Positions 10,301-19,400 of a DNA stretch of 31,075 bases are shown here, in pieces. This DNA is from a virus (Duplodnaviria; Caudoviricetes). The translations under genes were made by a program, and so were the position numbers. Position 1 is the stretch's first letter. The number at the start of each line of letters is the position of its first letter. The notes below the pieces were generated by a model. It ran no database searches, was not told the DNA's origin, and worked only from the letters and a program-made list of their open reading frames with translations. The DNA is taken from positions 1-31,075 of the IMG/VR virus record IMGVR_UViG_3300016667_000764; one strand, written 5' to 3'.

Positions 10301-12637
10301 TTAGTTCTTGGTTTAGCATATATAATGAGATTGTCGATTGAACAATTTAATGGTATTAAAGAAGACCAAGTTACAACCGCAGTTACAGCATTGAATGCCG
10401 GTGCTTTACTTATGCTTGGAATGGCAGCTACTGCTGGTGCTATAGTTGGTGTTGGAGCAGCAATTGCAGCAGTAGCTGCAATGCCTGGCGGTATAGCTGC
10501 AATGGTTGTTGGTATGGTAGCAGTCGGCGGGCTCGTATACTCATTGGTACCAATTATCAAAGGTTTAATGAGTCAAATCAGAGATTTGCCACCAGTTGAT
10601 GAAGATTTTACCACCAAACTAAATGCCGTTAATTCAGTATTGAATGCGCTTGGTACGTTTGCGAATATATTTGTTAAAGTTGCTATATCAGCAGCTCTTG
10701 TTACAATGTTACCATTGTTATTGGGGATGATATCTCCTATACTTCTGCCATTAGGAGCTATTTTGGCTGTTTTTACTGCATATAAACTTCCAAAAATATT
10801 TGAAGGTTTAGTAGATATATTTGGAGGCTTGATTCGAGTAATAGCTGAAAATGTTAACGTTATACAGCCTGATCGCTTGAGACTCCTTGAAGCTTTGGGT
10901 CCAGTTATGGAATCTGTTGGAGTTCTTGTAGGTGCATTACAGCCATCAGGCGCAATGTTGTTAACAGGAAGCTTATTCCCTGCTGCAACTGCTGAAACAA
11001 TTCGCACATATTTTGAAGAAATAATGCCAGTATTGACTGGTCCAAATGGCTTAATATCATTGGCGGCGAAGTTAACAGGTGATATGGGAGCTATCTCAAC
11101 TAGAAACTTCAACGTTGAAGCAGTAAAAGGCTTTGGCGCTATCATGAGTAGCATTGGCAGCATATTACAAGCCTTCTCTAGTATATTTGCTGAAGGAGGA
11201 GAAGGTGCTGGGCAGTTAGTTGTTCGTGGATTATCTTCACTTGTTTCTTTAGGCATTACCGAAATGATGAGAACGTCTGAAGGTGGTGATGCGGCTCAAA
11301 GTGCTACAAAACTAGGCGCATTTACAAAATTAGTTAGTGATGTATTAGGAGCTTTTCAAACTTCCAATATATTTGCAAGCATAAAAGACATTATTCGTGT
11401 TGCTGGTACATCTCTAGCTGGTCTAACGAAAGAACAAATAGAAGGTTTAGGTCCAATTACCCAAATGCTTTCTTCCATGTTCAGCTTCATGGGAACGTTG
11501 ATTGAAAACATGAAAGTAGATCCGGAAGCAGTAAAAGCAGTTTCTGGAGGTGCTTCAACTGAAGGTATTAATGCTGCTCGTGCATTAGTAGAAAATATTC
11601 CAGGAAATATGGCAACTGCTGTCGATACAGTTCTTGCCAGTATTCAAACAAAGATAGGACCAATTATATCCTCATTGTTGAATGCAACAGTTGGTTATTC
11701 AAAAGCAGAAATTGAACGTGCAGCCGCAGGCGCAGGCGCCGTTGTATCGCTATTGACTGGTTTTGGTACTATAATGACCAATCTTAAAGAGCTTGGAACT
11801 ACAGAGAGTTTAGGCGTCACAAATGCACTTTCCCAAGCACCACCACCAGTATTAAAAAACTTTAATCCTGTTGCCGTTACTACCATGATAACTTCATTAA
11901 GTGGTGTAATAACTGCTATATTTGGTTCTGGAAATGCAGGAATGTTGAAGATTATAGTTGATAGTTTGATTAACTCCGGAATCTCGAGATTGCCTCGGGG
12001 TATTGGGGAAAAGGCAAAGGCAATTGTTGATATATTAGGATTGATTTCTATAGTAGCAGACCCAACATTTAAAGAAAACATTGGAAAACTGGCGGGTTCT
12101 GCTACAAATGTTGGTCCTATAGGAAACATTATGCAAGGCGCTGCACAGGTTATAGGAGCAGTTGTAAACAATATAGGTGCATTGTTCACAGGAGACGTAT
12201 CTCGTAATCTTTCTAATTTCAACAAATCTAACATAGGACGTTTAGAAAATGTTACTCAAGTATTGTCATCTGTAAGTGGCGTTGTTAATAGTATTAATTC
12301 TGGTTTAGCTCAATCTGTCACGCAAGCAACAACACAGATAACGACTATTGGTGGCACTATTGGAGATATGATATCTCAAATAAATCTCATTTCTGAAAAA
12401 CTTAATTCTATAGAACCTATCAACATTATGGCTGATTTGCAAAGAGTTGGAAACGTTCTTGGAGTTGGTCGTAATAGTGCTATTACAATTCGCAATGATA
12501 ACTTTACAATAACAGTTAACTTGACTGTTACACTTGATGCAAGAGATTTGGAAGCTGTTCTTGTTGAAAGATCACGTCAAGGAAGAAATCGATTTGTTCT
12601 CGGCGCTGATCGAGGCACGGCATCGCCAAGACCATGA
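7388..12637 (+). CDS. Tail tape measure protein
   Basis: 1749 aa, Ala/Gly/Leu-rich helical composition, N-terminal coiled coil, long hydrophobic repeat region. Lies between tube/chaperone and baseplate genes. Confidence 0.88.
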   Translation: MATNIEITAQLNQMLVEQNKLLLVQAKIQKGQLAIMQQMAVAMGQIDVNAMNESLKGVSEQLTAAEEAAKQFGQTTQASTATAAAGLAKVKTSTDQVADALEAGADAAERYKVNIAAAAAEGAIKGFQFTFSALKGIGGILDVAIRKFSQFAMAVIRFPIGIWNFLFEKATSGGGGGGLREALEGIRKEFGDLSTNSSKAIIDMAKSMQGPLANTGLSVYRTFGNLAERLKYIAELAKALGPLFNNIVARGLIKSAEATLAFQKGLGLSNEQMKTVARTALISGTSVDESLREMSNYAIQLGDAFGLNAMEISRDMAEMEGDMKHFGGLTRKELGETAAYAKKLGIEVKSLAGIMDTFDNLDSAAEAAARLNQQFGIQIETMRMLKAESPAERLEYLRKQMERTGQSFERLDRRSQQYLASTINLTQEEAALVFAQQNRGLSLDQIKKKSAEAEKKQLTQAEALQKLAGSIERLVKGGGGGAKSLFEAFVQGFERAIFRSREFRQIMRNIRIMLRRTRLAGMEVGRAFVDMFPGVKGIMGGLADLFNPERWKRTMSKVVDTFKNFFKDLQTNPEAGLKNLFDRLKKTFFDHFDASSGAGRKLIENFKLFFGTILKAVVGGLKALIPVVFENLTKLINGINSFLKGEVGLPIDASSLGGQVMQVLTQIWEVLKQAWPPLWEAIKGLFTTVFAKVQDWYETNKLKIWGFLFGPAIARSIAGAIASSLTQAAVKGIGAAATSSAVQGAGRAFVGRLTGVTQLTERDITFLDRAPRGRRPPPIPAAARRVPAGATTATGGLTGFINTLKTLKAGDIVNAGLKLVLLTTFLTIALAPFVIGFIFAAQQFENISAAAIMKTAAAIIVMGGLLTAMTGLTKILSTVNPGTLGPSIVGLASLSALVLGLAGVMWLSIKMLGGFEIGQVGATILALGAGSLLMVAMAGTAHVLAAVGTELAETAGIGLLLAGAGLVGLGALVLGLAYIMRLSIEQFNGIKEDQVTTAVTALNAGALLMLGMAATAGAIVGVGAAIAAVAAMPGGIAAMVVGMVAVGGLVYSLVPIIKGLMSQIRDLPPVDEDFTTKLNAVNSVLNALGTFANIFVKVAISAALVTMLPLLLGMISPILLPLGAILAVFTAYKLPKIFEGLVDIFGGLIRVIAENVNVIQPDRLRLLEALGPVMESVGVLVGALQPSGAMLLTGSLFPAATAETIRTYFEEIMPVLTGPNGLISLAAKLTGDMGAISTRNFNVEAVKGFGAIMSSIGSILQAFSSIFAEGGEGAGQLVVRGLSSLVSLGITEMMRTSEGGDAAQSATKLGAFTKLVSDVLGAFQTSNIFASIKDIIRVAGTSLAGLTKEQIEGLGPITQMLSSMFSFMGTLIENMKVDPEAVKAVSGGASTEGINAARALVENIPGNMATAVDTVLASIQTKIGPIISSLLNATVGYSKAEIERAAAGAGAVVSLLTGFGTIMTNLKELGTTESLGVTNALSQAPPPVLKNFNPVAVTTMITSLSGVITAIFGSGNAGMLKIIVDSLINSGISRLPRGIGEKAKAIVDILGLISIVADPTFKENIGKLAGSATNVGPIGNIMQGAAQVIGAVVNNIGALFTGDVSRNLSNFNKSNIGRLENVTQVLSSVSGVVNSINSGLAQSVTQATTQITTIGGTIGDMISQINLISEKLNSIEPINIMADLQRVGNVLGVGRNSAITIRNDNFTITVNLTVTLDARDLEAVLVERSRQGRNRFVLGADRGTASPRP

Positions 12638-12651
12638 GGATAGAAATTTAA

Positions 12652-12816
12652 ATGTCATTATTTGAAGATTTGATGAAACAAGAAGGATATCGTAAATTAT
12701 TTGATATGGTACCTGATGATCAAAAGCAAATTATAATTGACAGCATTAAAAGCTTATTAAATGATGTTGAGCAAAACATTATAAAAGAAGCACCAAAAAA
12801 TTCTGATCAGAAGTAG
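12652..12816 (+). CDS. Small hypothetical protein (54 aa, not in the ORF track)
   Basis: GAGGA upstream, ATG 12652 to TAG 12816, MSLFEDLMKQEGYRKLFDMVPDDQKQIIIDSIKSLLNDVEQNIIKEAPKNSDQK. Fills the gap between TMP and the next gene. Confidence 0.65.
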   Translation: MSLFEDLMKQEGYRKLFDMVPDDQKQIIIDSIKSLLNDVEQNIIKEAPKNSDQK

Positions 12817-12824
12817 TTAATATT

Positions 12825-15800
12825 ATGTCAAATGAATTACCAGCAAAAGTTAGAGAAGTATTAGCGGCACAACGTAAAAGTACCGTTTCTTATATTATTT
12901 CTCCAACTGGTGATAACAATACATTCAAGTTCAATGCTGATGATTTAGATACAGAAACTAAACAGTTAACAAATGCAATGACTGTTGGAACAATCCAAGA
13001 AGGTCATAACGAATATCAAGTCGGCACAGAAAGAACAGAGATAACGTTAAATAACGAGAATGGAATTCCATTAGCTATATCAGATGATGCTCCCGGCGGC
13101 GATGGAAATGCATTTTTGCAAAGAGAAACTGTTGGACTAGGACAAAAGGGAGGCAAGTCTTATTTCATAAACATATCTGATAGTGATTTACTGAACATTA
13201 AAGTTGTTAAAGGTAAAGCAAATCCTAGCGATGATTCAAGTAGGAATTATAATGAACTGTTAGCAGAAGCAAACAGAGATAACAATAATCCAAACACGTT
13301 AGGAAGTGCAGTAGGTGTAGCGCAGGCATATGTTAACACTTATTATCAAACTAACAAGTTCCTTCCAGAAACTGGAATAACAGAAAACGATTCCAACGTT
13401 GGTAAAAATCTTATTCAATCTAATATTGGTTCTTATAAGAAATTAAATGAAAGAACAACTAGGAACGTTGGTACGCCATCTAATACTGGTAATTTTGAAA
13501 TTACTCAAGATATTATGAAGTCGATTGGTTCTCAAGTAACTCTTAAGAGTTCTGGAGAATATTACATTCCTAAAAGTGCTAGTGACCAAGATGAAATACT
13601 TTTAGCTCAAGCGGCTGCTTTAGCGCCAGGATTGGCTCGTATCGGATTGCCGGTACCATTCAACTTAATGAGAGCTAGTAGCATTTTAAAAGAAACACAT
13701 CCAGACTTTCCTGATGTTAGTCTTCCCATCTTGAAGGAAGAAAATGAAAGAGAAAGTTATGGCAGCACATACAACTGGTTAGTCTTGTTCGATGGTTTTC
13801 AGACACAGTTTACTTTGCCAGCAATTGGCATCCAACTTGGTGCTATAGCTGCGATAATATCTCTTGCTGCTTTAGCATATGATCCAAAAAATGCTGCTTT
13901 GATTAGAGCCGGGTTTCTAAGTTACTTTAATATAAAATACAATGGAAATCCTCAAGATCCTGCTGTTTTCGCCACAGCAGTTGCTGAAGCAGTTGCATTA
14001 GGTTCTGCTACTTCAATTCCTGGAGTTTCATTCTTCGTATCAACTCCTCTTAATCAAGGAACCGGATGGTATACAACGGTATTAAGAAAAATAACAAGAA
14101 TGATTCTTAAATCTACGTATGGCAGTGCTTTAAATTTAGGTAAGAACTTCGAAGCCAATAGTTTGGTTGGCACATTAAACGCAACCGTAGACACGATTAG
14201 TACTGTTACATATAGTTTTGGTTTAAATGACTTGCTTAAAACGTTTAAGGCAATTGGTGGCGTAGCTGCAAGAACTAATGGTTCACTAAACGCAGTTCCG
14301 GTATATCAGAGCGGTCTAAATAACAATTTATCATCTTATAAGACAAACGGTATTTCTTACATCGATTCCATAGTTGATAACGTTGAAGGAGAACAAGATA
14401 AAATTAACGTTGCTGCTCTGATTAAAAAGAACAAATTAAAAAAAGGTTATAATCTTGGGGCTAATGGTAAAAATCCATTGGCATGGGGTACTTCTACTAC
14501 ACGTTCAATGTACCTAATACCAACAAATTTGAAATTGGCGGCGCAAGCTATTAATTCTGGACAACCGGTTCAGCAATTGGAAGCATTGTCACAGCTTGGT
14601 GTAATTGATAGTGAGGAAGGTCGCCTATCACAGACTATGGTTCATCAACTAGAAAATGAGCTTGAATCAAGTTATATGCCTTTTTACTTTCATGACTTGA
14701 GAACAAACGAAATCGTTTCTTTTCATGCTTTCCTAGAAAGTAGCAAAGATGGATTTAATGCTGAATGGAACTCTGTTTCTTCTTATGGCAGAGTAGAACC
14801 AATACACATTTATAAGGGTACCACAAGAGATATAAGCGTTAGCTTTTATGTTGTTGCAACCAATGAAAAAGATCATGACAACATGTGGTGGAAAATTAAT
14901 AAGTTGGTTACTATGGTTTATCCACAATTTACAAAAGGAAGAAGTCTAGTAACAAACGATGGCAAAACTTTAACTCAACCTTTCTCTCAAGTACCTGGTG
15001 GTTCACCAATTATTAGAATGAGACTGGGTGACGTTTGGAAATCAAATTATAGCAAATTTAATGCGGCACGATTGTTTGGTTTAGGACAAGCAGATTTTAA
15101 CATTGATCCACAAAATACAGCCGGATCTACAACTGCAACATATCAACGTATACGTGAGCAATTAGTTGCTTACAGAAATAGCCTAGTGGAAAGTTTGAGC
15201 AATGCAGACTTTATAGAAAATGATGAAATTATATTGACCTATAACAATAATAGTTTTGCTGGAGATATAGGTGGTAGATCATATGTCTTTGGTACAAATG
15301 AAATTACTGGACCATTTTCTGATTTTGCTACCTCAAAATATCTTAAATCCGCACGTGGAATTCCGGATGGTACGTATACTGCCAGAGTTACAGCTATTGT
15401 AACTGATGTAAATGCTAATAAAATATATACAGAATATAAGGTTAGGTTATTAGGTCTTGCAGCCGCTGCAATTAATCAAGCTGGTACTGATGAATTCATT
15501 GTTAGATTTAAATCACCAAATTACCCACAAGAACTTATTGACAGGGCTCGGGCAAGTGAAACAACATTTGATCCAGAAGATATTGCAATATATGAATCAT
15601 GTAGCGATTTAGAATGGCGTTATAGTGATGCATATCTTACTTTAAAAGTAGCTGATTATGCACGTCGATTAGCTGAAGAAGAAGGTACGCAGGCGCAGTA
15701 CAACACGGAATTGTTAGCAAATACTGCAACTACTATAAGAAGATTCTTTAATGCTACTGGTGACGATCCAAATCCTATTATGCAAGCATTTGAATCAACT

Positions 15801-16154
15801 TCTGGTAAAGGTATTGCTGTTGCATTTAAGGCTGTTGATATTGATTGGAGTGGTTCTCCTTGGGAAACAAGATGGTCAGAAGATAGACCAAATTCCAGAG
15901 CTCCAATGTGGTTGAAAATCAGTATGAATGGTACAGTTATACACGATATCGTTCCTGGTCTTGATAGTGATGGATTTGCAAGAGCTATGCCATATCAAGT
16001 TGGCAATCCTTCTAATGCACTTAATCAAGTTGATCTTTCAGATGTTGCAACTTCTACAACAGACAGATCATCAACCGCTGCATCATCTGCTACAAGCTTA
16101 GATATAGAACGTGATGCGCCCGCCGGGCTTCCATCTTCTCCAATTATAGGATGA
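12825..16154 (+). CDS. Large baseplate protein with tail-tube-initiator-like domain
   Basis: Follows TMP. Contains MPFYFHDLRTNEIVSFHAFL..D.FNAEW....YGRVEPIHIYKGTTRDISVSF...WWKINKL..MVYP...SPIIRMRLGD, a tube-fold baseplate pattern. Confidence 0.7.
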   Translation: MSNELPAKVREVLAAQRKSTVSYIISPTGDNNTFKFNADDLDTETKQLTNAMTVGTIQEGHNEYQVGTERTEITLNNENGIPLAISDDAPGGDGNAFLQRETVGLGQKGGKSYFINISDSDLLNIKVVKGKANPSDDSSRNYNELLAEANRDNNNPNTLGSAVGVAQAYVNTYYQTNKFLPETGITENDSNVGKNLIQSNIGSYKKLNERTTRNVGTPSNTGNFEITQDIMKSIGSQVTLKSSGEYYIPKSASDQDEILLAQAAALAPGLARIGLPVPFNLMRASSILKETHPDFPDVSLPILKEENERESYGSTYNWLVLFDGFQTQFTLPAIGIQLGAIAAIISLAALAYDPKNAALIRAGFLSYFNIKYNGNPQDPAVFATAVAEAVALGSATSIPGVSFFVSTPLNQGTGWYTTVLRKITRMILKSTYGSALNLGKNFEANSLVGTLNATVDTISTVTYSFGLNDLLKTFKAIGGVAARTNGSLNAVPVYQSGLNNNLSSYKTNGISYIDSIVDNVEGEQDKINVAALIKKNKLKKGYNLGANGKNPLAWGTSTTRSMYLIPTNLKLAAQAINSGQPVQQLEALSQLGVIDSEEGRLSQTMVHQLENELESSYMPFYFHDLRTNEIVSFHAFLESSKDGFNAEWNSVSSYGRVEPIHIYKGTTRDISVSFYVVATNEKDHDNMWWKINKLVTMVYPQFTKGRSLVTNDGKTLTQPFSQVPGGSPIIRMRLGDVWKSNYSKFNAARLFGLGQADFNIDPQNTAGSTTATYQRIREQLVAYRNSLVESLSNADFIENDEIILTYNNNSFAGDIGGRSYVFGTNEITGPFSDFATSKYLKSARGIPDGTYTARVTAIVTDVNANKIYTEYKVRLLGLAAAAINQAGTDEFIVRFKSPNYPQELIDRARASETTFDPEDIAIYESCSDLEWRYSDAYLTLKVADYARRLAEEEGTQAQYNTELLANTATTIRRFFNATGDDPNPIMQAFESTSGKGIAVAFKAVDIDWSGSPWETRWSEDRPNSRAPMWLKISMNGTVIHDIVPGLDSDGFARAMPYQVGNPSNALNQVDLSDVATSTTDRSSTAASSATSLDIERDAPAGLPSSPIIG

Positions 16155-16167
16155 TATAGGTAACATT

Positions 16168-16467
16168 ATGGCAGATAACGTTAGAAGATATGCAAGATCA
16201 CCAGTAATTGTTGCTGGGAAAAAATTTGGCACTTCAAATGTCATTCCAATTATTAGAGAAAAAATAGCAAACAACACCTTGCCTTATACAGTATATACTA
16301 CAAATGAAAATGAAAGATTAGATATTATTGCGGGCAAGGTTTATGGAGATGGTAGACTCTGGTGGATAATTGCAGCAGCCAGCAATATCGGATGGGGGTT
16401 GCAAATTCCTTCGAATACACTTTTATATCTTCCAAAGCTTAATGAGCTAGCTCAATTTATAAGTTAA
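16168..16467 (+). CDS. LysM-like baseplate wedge protein (P2 gpX / T4 gp53-like)
   Basis: ERLDIIAGKVYGDGRLWWIIAAASNI...LYLP motif in the canonical position before the hub. Confidence 0.85.
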   Translation: MADNVRRYARSPVIVAGKKFGTSNVIPIIREKIANNTLPYTVYTTNENERLDIIAGKVYGDGRLWWIIAAASNIGWGLQIPSNTLLYLPKLNELAQFIS

Positions 16468-16471
16468 TACT

Positions 16472-19400
16472 ATGTCAATACGTTCAGAAATTAAGATGCA
16501 AAGAGCAATCTCCCGTTTAAGCAGATATTATGGTCTGCTTACTAGCCGTGATTTGGCAAATACAATTGCAGCTTCTGGAAGAACAGGTAATTTGGAATCC
16601 TTGTCAGAACCAACTCCAGAATCTCCAGCAATACCTACAAGTGGAGAAATTAATACTGAAGATCTTATTCTGGGAGAAATCTTAAATGATTTGATTGATG
16701 TTGGAGTTGGCTGTTTCACAACAAAACAACTGCTAGAAAGATTTGCTCAAAAGCTTGGCATATTAGGCGCTACTTCAGAAGATGCAGAAACTTTACAAAA
16801 CATAAGAAGAAGATATGCTGAACTGATACAGATTGTAAGTGATGCACAATATCATGATGAATTGCCATATGCTAATGGCTATGCAAATTTACAAAATGCC
16901 AGCATTAAAGAGATAATATCAGATTCAGATCCAGGTTTACTTGCTTCTGGTCCTATTGAACCAACAAAAGAAAAACCTGGTTTATCTGCCATAATATCTC
17001 AAACAAATCGTATATCAATTACAAATAGATTTTCAAACGCTTGTTCTGTATTCTTAAACGCAATTCCAGCAATTGAAATGTCTAAAGCTGTACCGTATTT
17101 GGAAGTCAATGTATTAATTCCATTACAATCAGTGCAAAGATCTGGAGATAGATTAATTGCACCTACAATATATAAGTTTTTACTTGGAGGCGCATCGGCT
17201 GCCCCAGGTTCGGTGCTTGAGCAATTGAGCATAGCAAATGAAGAAAGAAGAAATATAGATGCGGCGGTAGATCGAGCTGGAAATACAGTAGAAACAGTTG
17301 ATGCTGGCGGAAGCGTTGTTAGTACTGAAAACGTTTATACTACAGTTGGCATGGAAGCTTTCTTAATGCCTCAAACATTAGTTAATCCGGATGCCGCTAA
17401 TAATCAAAGTAACTTCGGTAATATTGTTATCGATAAATTTAGACCATTTTTAAGCATTAATGATATGTCATTTACTGAACAATCAAGCTTTAGTGCTTAT
17501 GGATATCAAACTGCAAAGTTGTCATTAACGTTGCATGACCGTTCCAGATTAAATGAAATATCAGAGTTCGTAAGACCTGATGTTAGAGGACGTACAGAAA
17601 TTGTAATTGAATGGGGATGGACACATCCAGAAGCAGAAAATAATTCCAATCTGGAAAACGTTTGGGCTGATATTATCAATGGCATGAGAAAAAGACTTAA
17701 ATTCCAAGTTACCAACTCAAGCTTTAACTTTGAGGATGATGGTCAAGTTAAAATTAATTTAGACCTAGCAACCATGGGTGAAGTAGCAGGAACTACAGAG
17801 CCATGCATTAATGATGTTAACGTTAGACCAATATTGGATACGATTAATGAATTGGTAGAGGCAGTATCTAGAATAAGCACTACTAATCCTTTATTAAATC
17901 CGCCTACATCTACAACAACATCAACTGGAACAACAAGCGGTACCGCTTCAAATGGAACAAATAGACCTTCCGGTTCTCCAGAAATCCGTGGCATCCAATT
18001 TCTAAATCAAATTCAAGATGTTTACAGCAACCTCACTTTATCACGTGAGAAAAGAGAAGAACTATCACAACTAACAAGAAGTCTATCCGCATTACCACAA
18101 ACTGACGACATTAGAAGATTAAGATATCTTATAACTGAACTATATGGTTCTAGTACATCGTCGGCTGGACGTAGAAGAGGTACCTCAAGAACTGGTGCTA
18201 CTCCTTTAGCAGAAGCTTTAAGAGGTCAAATACAAAACGAAATAAGAAGAAAACTTGATCACCTTAAAAAAGGAAGAGAAGATCCGTTCTTAATCGGCAC
18301 ATATAACCCAGTAGTCGATAGAAGAAACAGATTAAGAAACGTTGGCGGTTGGCCTAGTCGTGGTCCTGCTTATCAGCAATCTGATGCTGCATCTGCCGCA
18401 GATGCATCACTTTCTGCTAGTCGTGCTAATTTAGAAGCTGTTCAACAACAAGCTGATGCACATAGAGCTCGAGCTGCGCAGATGCGTTCTAGAGCCGCAC
18501 TCCATCGTACAATTGCAGACAAGCAAGGCACACAAGCAGATGAAGCTGCAAGTCTTTCAAACGCTGCATGGAATATTGGCAGAGCAGGAATTGCAGGATA
18601 TGGAAATGATGGAGGTGGTATAATCGGAGCAATCAGCGGCATGAATCAAGCCAGACAAAGAATTCAGTCTGAAGTGGCTCGAGAAAATGCTGAAGCGACT
18701 GCTGCTGCAAGAACCGCCCGTGTTGCAGAGATTAACGCCGGAATTGCAGCTAGACAAGCAGAAGGTGATGCTGCTGATGTTGCCGCATTACAGGCGTCTA
18801 TAGCTGCACAGGAACAAAATATAACTACTGGCGAAGCAACATATGAAGCTAATCGTGATGCAACTTATAGAGCTAGAATGGCTGCTGTTATGGAACGTTT
18901 GCCTTCTGCTTCTCCAGTACAAAGAGGCACAGTAAGTTTAGCAAACTTGCTAATGGTTTTCATGGGTCAGCCATTTGCTGCAACAGGTCAATTTGACGAC
19001 ATACAGCTAATATTCTATCCTTTTAATCAATACGCAGGATATGCATCCAGAATTAATATTGCAAATTTCATAATAAACATTGAAGACTTTCAAGAGAAAT
19101 ATACTGAATATAGACTTCAGAATCTTAACAGAAGCGGAACGTTTACAATACGTCAATTCTGGACCTTCTTAACAAGTCAAATAATCGATGATCCGGCTCA
19201 AGATTCATATGGTCTAGTTGATGGTCGAGGCGCATTATATAGAAGACCAACAACAGAAAGAGATTCTGATCAAAGTTCTGGGACTCCTCGTAGTTCAACT
19301 ACATCTGTACCAGTTGATTCGGATGGTGCTAGATTTACTGCAAGATTAAACCAAGTACTTCGAGATGTTACTCCAGATGGCTCATTCAGAATTCCAAACT

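Noticed and set aside
7768-12234. Long antisense ORFs (216, 227, 179 aa) inside the tape measure gene
   Set aside because: Shadow frames expected from Ala/Gly/Val-rich codon bias; no RBS or recognisable motifs.
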